A stretch of 64,000 bases of DNA from Bacillota bacterium (GTDB taxonomy: Bacteria; Bacillota_I; Bacilli_A; RFN20; CAG-826), in contig JBDLRZ010000078.1 of the NCBI GenBank assembly GCA_039799785.1, positions 2,973-66,972 of the forward strand, in the 5' to 3' direction. The position numbers and the translations under genes are program-made. The first letter of the stretch is position 1. Each line of letters opens with the position of its first letter. Shown piece by piece: positions 19,510-28,999 of this stretch. The notes below the pieces were generated by a model. The model was given only the letters and a program-made list of their open reading frames with translations, made no database searches and was not told where the DNA came from.

Positions 19510-21714
19510 CTACATATCATAAGGATCAAGATTGAATAGAATTTTCACTGTTTTCTTAGTTAAGAGTAAGGGGTAAATGGTTTCCAAAATTGGATAGATT
19601 TGTTGATAGTTTTTATACTTCAAAAGGATGCGTCTACGATAAACACCTGCAAAAAATTCTGGATATGGAATATTGGGACCAATCACTTCTGCGATATTGT
19701 CTAATTGGGTTTTTAAGGATTGTTCCAATTCTAATGCAACTTCATCTACTAAGTCTTGATCCCTACTCGTTAACTCAAATCTAGCCAAATATGTGTAAGG
19801 TGGATATTGTCTAATTTTTCTTTCTTTCATTTCACGTTCATAAAAAGATGGATAATCTTGTTTTGCTCCTAATTGAATGGCGTGATGGTTTGGCATGGTG
19901 GTTTGAATAATCGCCTCGCCAGGTTGAATACCTCTACCCGTTCTACCAACGACTTGTGCTATCAATTGAAAGGTTCTTTCTGTCGCACGATAATGGGGCA
20001 CATGCAAACCTAAGTCTGCAAGCATGACCCCAACCAAAGTGACATTCGGAAAATCATGCCCCTTGGCAACCATCTGTGTCCCAATCAACATATCAAGTTT
20101 TTTTTCTTGAAATGCTTTTAGGATATTGGTGACATTCGATCGAACGCCCGTTATATCCGTATCGAGTCTACCTATTTTAATTTCTGGATATAAGCGCTGT
20201 AATGAAGCGACTACTTTTTCAGTTCCAAATCCTTCTTTCATCAATTGATTTCCTTGGCAAGAAGGGCATTGGGTTGGCAACGTTTCTAGATGATCACAAT
20301 AATGGCATTTCAAACTATTAATTTGTGCATGGTAGGCTAACGGTACTTGACAGGATGGACAGGTAAATCGAAATTCACATTGACGACAAACAACACTTTG
20401 TGCAAACCCTCGTCGATTGACTAAAATAATGACTTGTTCTTTTAAGTTAAAACGTTTTGTGATTGCATTCAGTAATGGTTGAGAAAATATACTATCTAGT
20501 TTAGATAAGTTTTGAGTTTGATTCATATCAACGATGCTGGTAGTAGGTAGTGATTGATCAAAAATTCTTTTTGATAAAATCAAGTGTTGGTAAATCCCTT
20601 TTTGAGCTCTAGCACGTGATTCTAACGATGGAGTTGCGGTACCCATCACCAATTGACATTGATGAAAATGCCGACGCCATAATGCAATTTCACGGGCGTG
20701 GTAATAAGGGGGAGTATCCTGTTTATAGGTCTCTGAATGTTCTTCATCTAACACAATCAAACCAATCCTTTGTAAAGGCGCAAAAATAGCCGACCGAGCA
20801 CCCACTACGACCAACACATCACCATTTAAAATTCTTCGATATTCATCAAATTTTTCGGCAGGCGTCAAACCTGAATGTAAGATGGCTACCTTCTCCCCAA
20901 AACGTTGATGATAATAACTCATCATCACGGGAGTTAAGGCTATTTCAGGGACAATCATCAAAACAGTTTTATGTTGCTTGATGACTTCTTCAGACAATGA
21001 AAGGTATACTTCAGTTTTTCCACTTCCAGTAACACCCTCAAGTAAAAATATTTGATTTTTACTTTCGCTGATGGTTTTTAAGACTTGCTTTTGATCATCA
21101 GAGAGCTTTGGCTTGTTTTCCACTTCTAATGGTTTGAAATCAAATCTTCGCTTTTCAATTTTTTCTAACTTGGCAAGTCCTGCTTCAACAAAAAACTTAA
21201 TGGCAGCTTTGCTTTTAATTTCATGGACTTTTACTTTTTGAAGACCTTTGACCAACTCATACCAATTGCGTTGGTGTGCATTTAATAGCTTGATATCGGG
21301 TTCTTTGATGAATATTAACCAGTCCTCATATGCAACTTTAGGACTTCTTAGACTTTGCTTACTAGGAAACAGGGATGGTGGAAGCATTGCTTGAAGTAAA
21401 CCAATTTTTGAAGCAAAATTCGTCGTAGATAATTCATCCACCAATGTTAATAATTCTTCTGAAAGAATGGGCTTTTCATCAAGGATGGATGAAATTTCTA
21501 AAATAGGATAAGGACTTGCAGCCTGGTATTGATTAAAATCCTCAATAACTTTCGATGCAGTAACGTACCCTATCAGGGATTGCTGGCGAAAAGGTACCCT
21601 AACTCGAATGCCTTTTTGAGGGATAATCGCCCCATGATAGGCATACGTAAATGGGCGATTAAGTTGCTGTAATTGATGCTCAATAAAGACCTCAAGTAAG
21701 TAGGTCTTCATCAT
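19510..21714 (-). CDS. priA: Primosomal protein N' (PriA helicase)
   Basis: Walker A GVTGSGKTEVY, DEEH, zinc-binding CxxC pairs (CRQCEFRFTCPSC...CHYC), 734 aa. Confidence 0.92.
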   Translation of the reverse strand: MMKTYLLEVFIEHQLQQLNRPFTYAYHGAIIPQKGIRVRVPFRQQSLIGYVTASKVIEDFNQYQAASPYPILEISSILDEKPILSEELLTLVDELSTTNFASKIGLLQAMLPPSLFPSKQSLRSPKVAYEDWLIFIKEPDIKLLNAHQRNWYELVKGLQKVKVHEIKSKAAIKFFVEAGLAKLEKIEKRRFDFKPLEVENKPKLSDDQKQVLKTISESKNQIFLLEGVTGSGKTEVYLSLSEEVIKQHKTVLMIVPEIALTPVMMSYYHQRFGEKVAILHSGLTPAEKFDEYRRILNGDVLVVVGARSAIFAPLQRIGLIVLDEEHSETYKQDTPPYYHAREIALWRRHFHQCQLVMGTATPSLESRARAQKGIYQHLILSKRIFDQSLPTTSIVDMNQTQNLSKLDSIFSQPLLNAITKRFNLKEQVIILVNRRGFAQSVVCRQCEFRFTCPSCQVPLAYHAQINSLKCHYCDHLETLPTQCPSCQGNQLMKEGFGTEKVVASLQRLYPEIKIGRLDTDITGVRSNVTNILKAFQEKKLDMLIGTQMVAKGHDFPNVTLVGVMLADLGLHVPHYRATERTFQLIAQVVGRTGRGIQPGEAIIQTTMPNHHAIQLGAKQDYPSFYEREMKERKIRQYPPYTYLARFELTSRDQDLVDEVALELEQSLKTQLDNIAEVIGPNIPYPEFFAGVYRRRILLKYKNYQQIYPILETIYPLLLTKKTVKILFNLDPYDM

Positions 21715-22289
21715 TGCATCGCTAACATTCTTTCTTTAATGATATCGATTATTTTTTGGCTAGTTTTTTCTACATCATCATTGACGACCAAATACTGATA
21801 ATCATGGTGTAAATTCATTTCACGTCTTGCTTTTGCAAGGCGCTCTTGAATAATGGTTTCGGATTCCGTTTTTCTTTTTCGAATTCTAGCTTCCAACGCC
21901 TCAAATGAGGGGGGCATTAAAAAGATTGTAACCAATCCGGGACCTGTTGCTTTAGCCATCACTTGTTTGGCACCATTGATTTCGATTTCTAATAAAACAT
22001 TTTTACCAGCTTGCCTTAATTTTTCAATTTCTGCTTTAGGTGTACCATACCGGTTGCCTACAAATTCTGCCCATTCTAATAATTGATTCTCTTGGATTGC
22101 GTTTTGAAATGTGTCTTGCGTGACAAAGAAGTAATCTTTACCATTAACCTCACCCGGTCGAATGGTGCGAGTGGTCATCGAAACAGAATAAACCAAGGAT
22201 AGTGAAGGATCCAACATAATTCTCTTGCGAATTGTGCCTTTACCAACACCAGAAGGTCCGCTTAAAATAATTAATAATCCCGGCTTCAT
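21711..22289 (-). CDS. gmk: Guanylate kinase
   Basis: GPSGVGKGT P-loop, 192 aa. Confidence 0.92.
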   Translation of the reverse strand: MKPGLLIILSGPSGVGKGTIRKRIMLDPSLSLVYSVSMTTRTIRPGEVNGKDYFFVTQDTFQNAIQENQLLEWAEFVGNRYGTPKAEIEKLRQAGKNVLLEIEINGAKQVMAKATGPGLVTIFLMPPSFEALEARIRKRKTESETIIQERLAKARREMNLHHDYQYLVVNDDVEKTSQKIIDIIKERMLAMQ

Positions 22290-22361
22290 ATATTGAATAA
22301 AATTATCTTATGAAAAGGGTTAAAAGTCAATTAAAACCTTCGTTTATGATATACTTTTTCC

Positions 22362-23645
22362 ATGATTAATAAGACCCATATAATGGACACTATTTGGTCT
22401 AAACTGACGAATCAAATCATCCAAAATGTTTCCTATATTAAACCTCATTTTTGGATTTTTACATTTAAGGCAAAAGCAAATGGATTTTTGATTTTAAATA
22501 TGCAAAATGATCGTCCGGTTTTTTCAATCCAAGATAAAACTGATGTTCCATTATTCAATAGTTTTTCAGAACCGGGTCTTACCAATAAATTAAAAGGTTC
22601 CCAATTCGTAGAAAGTCATATCCATGAAGATCAAGCTGTCATCGTGACATTGAAGCAAGATCAACATTTATATTCTTTAAAAATTCAATTAGCCCCTTTT
22701 GCTCCTAGATTTCAATTAATACACAATGAAAAAATCGATTTTGATTCAATTTTAGGGTGGCAACCCAACAAACTGATCAAATCAAAATCCTCTGTTTTAA
22801 TCTTCGATGACTCACTTAATCTTGATTCGTTGATACGATATTCATATTCTTTGGATTATCTTCAAATCGTTAAGAAAACGCTGATAAAGAAATTAAAACG
22901 GCAAGAAGCATTAGACCAAGATCTCAAAAACCACCATTATTTAATGGGGTATCAGGCGTTGGCAGAAGCGATACAAACGAAACCGAATATGCCTTGGAAG
23001 GATTATGAAAATCCTAATAATTTACCTCCTCCACATGTAAATTTCAAAACCGATTTTTTTGGTTCTAATGAGTTATTTCAAACGTATAAAAAAGCAAAAA
23101 AAGGGGTTGCGCTAACCCAAGCGCAGCTGTTACTTAATCAAGGATTAATTGAGGTTCTTACTCCCTATTCCATTTTGGTTCCACCCTTATCAACGAAGGA
23201 ATTAGCAAACTTAAAATCCTTTCTTGAACGTGAACATCTACTTAGCGGCATGGAACATAAACCTACTGAGGTCGTTCATCATTCGCCTTATTACGTTGAA
23301 CATAACGGTATTCGATTCTCTTTTGGCAAAAATGCTAAACAAAATCACCAATTAACGTTTTCAATTGCAAAGAAAAATGAGATCTTTATGCACATTGAAG
23401 GAAAGTCTGGCAGTCACTTGATTGTTCATCATACCCAATTCGATCATGACTTAATTGTCAAAGGAGCGCAACTCGTTCTTGCCTTGGCAAAACAAATTGC
23501 AGGAACGGTGACGTATGCTAAGGTAGGTTCATTGAAACAAACTAAAACATTAGGACTGGTCCTGATGAAAGATGCAAAAAAAGTGAAAGTGAATGCAGAT
23601 CTTGAATTTACGAATAAAATACTTTTATCTACGAAACGTTATTGA
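22362..23645 (+). CDS. NFACT-domain protein, short RqcH/YloA-like (ribosome quality control family)
   Basis: NFACT-R-like HIEGKSGSHLIVHH; N-terminal similarity to B. subtilis YloA; divergent from gmk as in the ylo region; 427 aa, shorter than the canonical roughly 570 aa. Confidence 0.55.
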   Translation: MINKTHIMDTIWSKLTNQIIQNVSYIKPHFWIFTFKAKANGFLILNMQNDRPVFSIQDKTDVPLFNSFSEPGLTNKLKGSQFVESHIHEDQAVIVTLKQDQHLYSLKIQLAPFAPRFQLIHNEKIDFDSILGWQPNKLIKSKSSVLIFDDSLNLDSLIRYSYSLDYLQIVKKTLIKKLKRQEALDQDLKNHHYLMGYQALAEAIQTKPNMPWKDYENPNNLPPPHVNFKTDFFGSNELFQTYKKAKKGVALTQAQLLLNQGLIEVLTPYSILVPPLSTKELANLKSFLEREHLLSGMEHKPTEVVHHSPYYVEHNGIRFSFGKNAKQNHQLTFSIAKKNEIFMHIEGKSGSHLIVHHTQFDHDLIVKGAQLVLALAKQIAGTVTYAKVGSLKQTKTLGLVLMKDAKKVKVNADLEFTNKILLSTKRY

Positions 23646-24160
23646 TTGAGTTTATTTTTTAGAAAATTCTCACCTTTGAGAATTTCTCGTGTTGCTAATC
23701 CTGAAAATTTTTGTTGTCTAAGTGCATCATAGATTACCAGTGCAACACAATTGGATAGATTGAGACTTCTTGCCAAAACACTCATTGGAATACGATATAA
23801 GTGTTCTTGATTTAATTTCAAAATTTGATCGGTTAAGCCACTTGATTCTGAACCAAATAAAAAATAATGATGTTTGGTGACATCACTTACCGGCATGTCT
23901 GTATACAATTTTGTTCCATAACGAGTGATGCAATATAAAGTAGGGTGTTGGTTAGACTGCATGAACTGATCAAACGTATCGTAATAAACATAATCAAGGT
24001 GTTCACGATAATCTAATCCAGTTCGCTTAATCGTTTCATCGTTTAACTTAAATGGTAATGGTCCAATAATATGAAGCTTGGCTTCTGTCGCCATTGCTGT
24101 GCGCATGATATTGCCGGTATTTTGAGGTATTTCTGGATGAAAAAGAACCACATGGTTCAT
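23639..24160 (-). CDS. trmL: tRNA (cytidine/uridine-2'-O)-methyltransferase TrmL (SpoU family)
   Basis: MNHVVLFHPEIPQNTGNIMRT N-terminus, SPOUT fold motifs; 173 aa. Confidence 0.85.
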   Translation of the reverse strand: MNHVVLFHPEIPQNTGNIMRTAMATEAKLHIIGPLPFKLNDETIKRTGLDYREHLDYVYYDTFDQFMQSNQHPTLYCITRYGTKLYTDMPVSDVTKHHYFLFGSESSGLTDQILKLNQEHLYRIPMSVLARSLNLSNCVALVIYDALRQQKFSGLATREILKGENFLKNKLNQ

Positions 24161-24166
24161 CGTTAA

Positions 24167-24697
24167 TTATCCTTCGAAATGTTCTTCGTATGACTTAATG
24201 CTATGTTTAATAATTTCGATTGCCATTTGTTTACCTTCGACTTGAGAAACAAATGTATCTTTACCTTCAAGCATTTTATAAACTTGGAAGAAATGTCGCA
24301 TTTCATTGAACACATGGTCTGGAATATCTTTGAGGTCTTTGTAAGAACTAAATACTGGATCCGATACTGAGATTGCAATTATTTTTTCATCCACTGTACC
24401 ATTATCAATCATCTTAAAAACACCAATTGGATAGCATTCCACAAGCGATAAAGGTTGAATAGACTCAGAGCATAAGACTAAAACATCTAAGGGATCTAAA
24501 TCACCTGCATAAGTTTTGGGAATAAAACCATAGTTTTGAGGATAGTGTGTTGAGGTAAATAAGACGCGGTCTAGGATGAGAGCACCAGTTTCTTTATCAA
24601 GCTCATATTTGTTTTTAGACCCTTTAGAAATTTCAATGCACGCTAGAAATTTTTCAGGATTGATTCTTTTTTTAGAAACGTCATGCCATAAATTCAT
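24167..24697 (-). CDS. ppa: Inorganic pyrophosphatase (family I)
   Basis: Characteristic E..K..YE..D and DGDPLDVLV motifs; 176 aa. Confidence 0.9.
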   Translation of the reverse strand: MNLWHDVSKKRINPEKFLACIEISKGSKNKYELDKETGALILDRVLFTSTHYPQNYGFIPKTYAGDLDPLDVLVLCSESIQPLSLVECYPIGVFKMIDNGTVDEKIIAISVSDPVFSSYKDLKDIPDHVFNEMRHFFQVYKMLEGKDTFVSQVEGKQMAIEIIKHSIKSYEEHFEG

Positions 24698-24770
24698 AGA
24701 TAGACCCCTTTTTCATATTATAAACAGAACAAGTCTTTTTCGTTTCACAAATGCTATAATTTTTTTATAG

Positions 24771-25262
24771 ATGAAGACTAAAATAACAATATTCATAGCC
24801 GCAATCCTAATGGTTTCTTCTTGCACTTCTCATACCCAAAAAGTCACCATTTCGATGAATTCAACCTTACCAAATGTTATTGAATCAAATGCCACAATTG
24901 ATACGTGGACTGTTCGTTTGGATATTGAATCCTTAAGTTTGCTTGAAGCCTCTGATGAAAATTTCTTTTTGTATTTGGGTAATCCAACTTGCAGTAGTTG
25001 TGTTCGCTTCCAACCACAATTAAAAACGTGGGTACAAGAAACAAAAGCATTGGTTTATTATTTGGATACACTTGAACAACTACATCAATTAAATACAATC
25101 CAAGTTCAATTTCCAAATTATTTTCCAGAAGGTTATTCTACGCCAACATTATATCTTTTATCTGGTGAAACAAGGATCCATCGAATCACCGCTTCAGAAG
25201 CTTTTTTTTCTTATCCAAGATTCAAAGCATTATTGAAAAGTTATGTTGAGATAGAAGCATAA
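24771..25262 (+). CDS. Lipoprotein with thioredoxin-like CXXC motif
   Basis: Signal peptide plus lipobox MVSSC, then GNPTCSSCVRFQP (CXXC in a thioredoxin-like context); 163 aa. Paralogous to 51931..52719. Confidence 0.55.
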   Translation: MKTKITIFIAAILMVSSCTSHTQKVTISMNSTLPNVIESNATIDTWTVRLDIESLSLLEASDENFFLYLGNPTCSSCVRFQPQLKTWVQETKALVYYLDTLEQLHQLNTIQVQFPNYFPEGYSTPTLYLLSGETRIHRITASEAFFSYPRFKALLKSYVEIEA

Positions 25263-25354
25263 AGAGATATTCAAACGATTCATTTTATTCAACATACTTC
25301 AAATTGATTTATAATTTAATGTTTCCCATGTAATGGGAAGAGGAGAATAATTAG

Positions 25355-26995
25355 ATGGCATTTAAACTATCATACCTAGGGCAAGAAACCACATTTCAAG
25401 ATAAAGTAGCATTAAAAAAATTGTTGCCAGAACAACACCAATATTTATGTGCCAAGGTGAATCATCGTATACGCGATTTAAATTATGAGGTTTATTTTGA
25501 TGCGAATGTCCAGTTTTTAACCATCATGGATCAAGATGCAGTTAGAACCTATGAAACTTCACTTCGATATTTACTTGCAATGGCAGTCTATCAACTCAAT
25601 CCCTCCTATCGATTTCGTTTTTCATATCATATTTCTCGATCTATCTTTATGGAATTTAGTCACCCTAAAAAAATTGATCCTTCATTTGTCGATAAAATCA
25701 ATCAAAAATTATCACAATTAGTTCAAGATAATCTATCCTTTGATCGAATCATCGTTCCAAAAGATGATGCAATTAAACTATATGAAAAATTAGGTTATCA
25801 AGACAAAATTGACATCTTAAAATATAGGCCTGAAAAAACCGTGCATTTTTATCAAAGTGGAACTTACACGAATTATATGTATGGGATGATGGCAACTTCT
25901 TCTCGACTCATTCAAGATTGGAAATTAATTTATTACCCTCCTGGCATCATCATTCAATATCCACGATCAGAAATGAAAGGTAAAATTCCTGTTTTTGAGG
26001 ATGCACCGATGTTTGGGCAAACATTAAAAGAAAGTCATGCATGGTCAAAAATCACGCAAGCTGATACCGTCGCCAATATTAATCATTACGTCAGTGAAGA
26101 TAAGGTGGTTGATTTTATTAATCTATGTGAAGCAAAGCATGCAAGGATGTTAGTGGAATTAGGTGAGGCTATCGAAAAAAGAAGAGATGAACTGAGATTA
26201 ATTTGTATTGCAGGACCCTCGAGTTCGGGTAAAACGACCTTTGCGAATCGCTTAAGAATTGAGTTGATGTCGAGAGGGTTTCATCCTATTCGGATTTCCA
26301 TTGATGACTATTATTTACCTAAAGAGGAAGCTCCAAAAGATAGTGATGGAAAACCTGACTTAGAAAACATTCACGCTTTGAATTTAACTTTATTTAATCA
26401 ACATTTAGCACAGCTAATCAATGGGGAAGAAGTGACGTTACCCCAAAGTAAGTTTGATGCTTCATTAGGCAAAGCCAAGACATTGAAGATTCAAGAAGAT
26501 ACCTTGATTATTATTGAAGGGATTCACGCCCTTAATGATGCTTTAACGTCTTTGGTTCCAAAGACCCAAAAATACAAAATTTATATTTCGCCACAATCCC
26601 AAATTAATTATGACCACCACAACCCAATGTCCTTAACGGACCTTCGATTATTAAGAAGAATGGTAAGAGATAAAAAATACCGCGGTTCCAGTGCTGAACA
26701 AACCATCGACATGTGGCCATCCGTTCGTCGTGGAGAATTTACATGGATCTATCAAACCCAAGAAGAGGCAGATTATGTGTTTAATTCATTTTTGCCATAT
26801 GAACTTTGCGTGATGAAACGGTATGCGATTCCTTTATTATCAGCGATTGAAAAAGAGTCCACTTATTTTCCAACGGCAGAACGATTGATGCGCATGCTTA
26901 AATATTTTGTTGATATGGAAGAAAAATGGATTCCTTCGAACTCATTAATCCGCGAATTTATTGGTGGTTCTTGTTTTAGAGAAGTGGAAGATTAA
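25355..26995 (+). CDS. Uridine kinase-family protein with N-terminal ThrRS-like/TGS-type extension
   Basis: C-terminal half has P-loop IAGPSSSGKTTFANRL and uridine/cytidine kinase-like motifs; the N-terminal roughly 270 aa is non-kinase; 546 aa. Confidence 0.7.
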   Translation: MAFKLSYLGQETTFQDKVALKKLLPEQHQYLCAKVNHRIRDLNYEVYFDANVQFLTIMDQDAVRTYETSLRYLLAMAVYQLNPSYRFRFSYHISRSIFMEFSHPKKIDPSFVDKINQKLSQLVQDNLSFDRIIVPKDDAIKLYEKLGYQDKIDILKYRPEKTVHFYQSGTYTNYMYGMMATSSRLIQDWKLIYYPPGIIIQYPRSEMKGKIPVFEDAPMFGQTLKESHAWSKITQADTVANINHYVSEDKVVDFINLCEAKHARMLVELGEAIEKRRDELRLICIAGPSSSGKTTFANRLRIELMSRGFHPIRISIDDYYLPKEEAPKDSDGKPDLENIHALNLTLFNQHLAQLINGEEVTLPQSKFDASLGKAKTLKIQEDTLIIIEGIHALNDALTSLVPKTQKYKIYISPQSQINYDHHNPMSLTDLRLLRRMVRDKKYRGSSAEQTIDMWPSVRRGEFTWIYQTQEEADYVFNSFLPYELCVMKRYAIPLLSAIEKESTYFPTAERLMRMLKYFVDMEEKWIPSNSLIREFIGGSCFREVED

Positions 26996-28236
26996 GCTTC
27001 GATTTCTTCAATGGTTTTAGGGATTTCAACCGATAGATTTTCGCAACCTTTTTCTGTAATTAAAATATTGTCCTCAATGCGGATACCGATACCTAATTCT
27101 TTGATATAAAGTCCAGGTTCTACAGTGATGACACATCCGGGTTCTAATGGAATATCACGACCCATTGGATCATGTGTATCAAGGCCTAAATGATGACCAA
27201 CATTGTGATAATAAATAGAACCAATTTCTTCTGGCGTTTTAATGAGTCCTTCTTTGACTGCTGCTTCACTTAAAAACTTCATGACGGCTTGTTGAAGATC
27301 GACAATTTTAAGACCGGGTTTTGCCATTTGAATGATCATTTGGTTAGCTTTTAATACCATAGAATAAATTTGCTTTTGTAAAGGATTGAATTTTCGATTA
27401 GCAGGGTACGTCCGTGTAATGTCTCCACGATATTGTCCAAAGGTCGCCCCTAAATCACAAAGAACAAGCGCGCCATCACTGATTTTATCTTTAGGATTTG
27501 GATAATGAAGCACAACGGCATTTTTACCACTTGCAATAATCGTTTCAAACGCTAATCCCATATTTTGATACTCTTTAATCGCATATTGAAACAAGGCTTC
27601 AATTTGATGTTCGTATAATCCAGGCTTTAAATGTTTACGAATGGATTGTAGTCCATAAGCGGTTCCTTTAATGGCTTGGCGAATAGCCTCAACTTCTTTA
27701 ACTGATTTAATCAATCTTAACTTTGTAATCAATGGATAAATGTTTTCAATAATCAGTTGTGGGGATTGTAACTTTAATTCTTCACCGTAGCTTTCTGGGG
27801 TTTTTAGTTTCCCATCGAGAATTAGTTGCTTTTCTTGATCTAAATAAGCATGCGTAATTTTTCCAAATCCATTTGTGTCTAGTAGCATTTCCTTTAATCT
27901 TGTTTCAAACATAGAAAGCATAAAGACATCATGAATACCACTTAATTTAGTTGCAGTATCCACGTCTAATTTTTTACCAACCCAACGGGTTTTTGTTTCA
28001 TCAATTTCATCGATAAATAAGTAGGTTTTAACGGTTGTTGGTGTTTTGACCATCACTAAGATACTGTTTTCTTGTTCAATGCCAGTTAAATAATAAAAGT
28101 TTTTATTGATCACAAACGGATAGGTCGCATCTGCAGAAGATTTAACCAAACCTCCAGCAAATAAAACAATCATAGATTGCTCCATAACTTGAGCAAATAA
28201 TTTTTCTCTTCTTAATGTGAATTCTTTTGCGTCCAT
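26992..28236 (-). CDS. pepP: Xaa-Pro aminopeptidase (M24B). Start probably MDAKEF at 28236.
   Basis: HNVGHHLGLDTHD, pita-bread metal ligands; ORF-track start 28287 would overlap apbC by 47 nt. Confidence 0.8.
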   Translation of the reverse strand: MDAKEFTLRREKLFAQVMEQSMIVLFAGGLVKSSADATYPFVINKNFYYLTGIEQENSILVMVKTPTTVKTYLFIDEIDETKTRWVGKKLDVDTATKLSGIHDVFMLSMFETRLKEMLLDTNGFGKITHAYLDQEKQLILDGKLKTPESYGEELKLQSPQLIIENIYPLITKLRLIKSVKEVEAIRQAIKGTAYGLQSIRKHLKPGLYEHQIEALFQYAIKEYQNMGLAFETIIASGKNAVVLHYPNPKDKISDGALVLCDLGATFGQYRGDITRTYPANRKFNPLQKQIYSMVLKANQMIIQMAKPGLKIVDLQQAVMKFLSEAAVKEGLIKTPEEIGSIYYHNVGHHLGLDTHDPMGRDIPLEPGCVITVEPGLYIKELGIGIRIEDNILITEKGCENLSVEIPKTIEEIEA

Positions 28237-28240
28237 AAAA

Positions 28241-28996
28241 TTAAAACCTCCATGATTGAACCAATTGACGAATGCTGTCCATGTCAATTGTTTCTATCTT
28301 ACCATTATCTATCAATTTAGGTAATGTTGAATCCAATGGTAGTTGTGCTAGTAAAGGTAACGCATATTTTTCCCATATGGTTGGTCTGTCACTAGTGTGA
28401 AATAAAGGATGCTTCTTCTGACAATGATCACAGATAAAATAACTATAATTCTCAATAATCCCAAGAATAGGTTTGTTTACCATCTTCGCCATTTGAATAC
28501 CTTTACCAACAATATCTTGAACGATATCTTGAGGTGTCGTCACCATAATTATGTTATCAACATTCAAACTTTCAAGGACTGTCATCGATACATCGCCCGT
28601 CCCGGGTGGTAAATCGATGAAAAGGTAATCCAAATCACCCCAAATTACATCCACGTAAAATTGTCGAATCAAATCAAGTACCAAAGGAGACCGCCACACT
28701 ATCGGATCATCCGATTGATCTAAAAGTAATTGGGAAGAAATCAGCCGAATACCTAAGGGGCTTGTAACCGGCAATATCAATCCATCCTGACCAACGACTT
28801 TAGATTGGATTGCGAAAAGTCGAGAAATGGTTGGACCAATAATGTCTGCATCCAGTATCCCTACTTTTTTTCCGATTCTAGTTAAATGTGTTGCGAGTAA
28901 AGCAGTAATGGTACTTTTACCTACACCGCCTTTACTTGACATGATGGCAATCGTATTTTGAGCTTTACTTTGCTGGTTTAAACGATACACCTTCAT
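28241..28996 (-). CDS. apbC: Mrp/NBP35/ApbC family Fe-S cluster carrier ATPase
   Basis: MSSKGGVGKSTITALLA deviant Walker A, C-terminal CDHCQKK CxxC; 251 aa. Confidence 0.85.
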   Translation of the reverse strand: MKVYRLNQQSKAQNTIAIMSSKGGVGKSTITALLATHLTRIGKKVGILDADIIGPTISRLFAIQSKVVGQDGLILPVTSPLGIRLISSQLLLDQSDDPIVWRSPLVLDLIRQFYVDVIWGDLDYLFIDLPPGTGDVSMTVLESLNVDNIIMVTTPQDIVQDIVGKGIQMAKMVNKPILGIIENYSYFICDHCQKKHPLFHTSDRPTIWEKYALPLLAQLPLDSTLPKLIDNGKIETIDMDSIRQLVQSWRF

Positions 28997-28999
28997 AAA

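Noticed and set aside
24163-24378. 71-aa ORF nested in ppa on the same strand in another frame
   Set aside because: It is fully contained within the well-supported inorganic pyrophosphatase gene. Alternative-frame artefact.
25322-25339. Inverted repeat TTCCCATGTAATGGGAA just upstream of the RBS of the TGS-uridine-kinase gene
   Set aside because: A short hairpin without a T-run. It could be a regulatory or operator site but there is no supporting context, so it is not reported as a feature.
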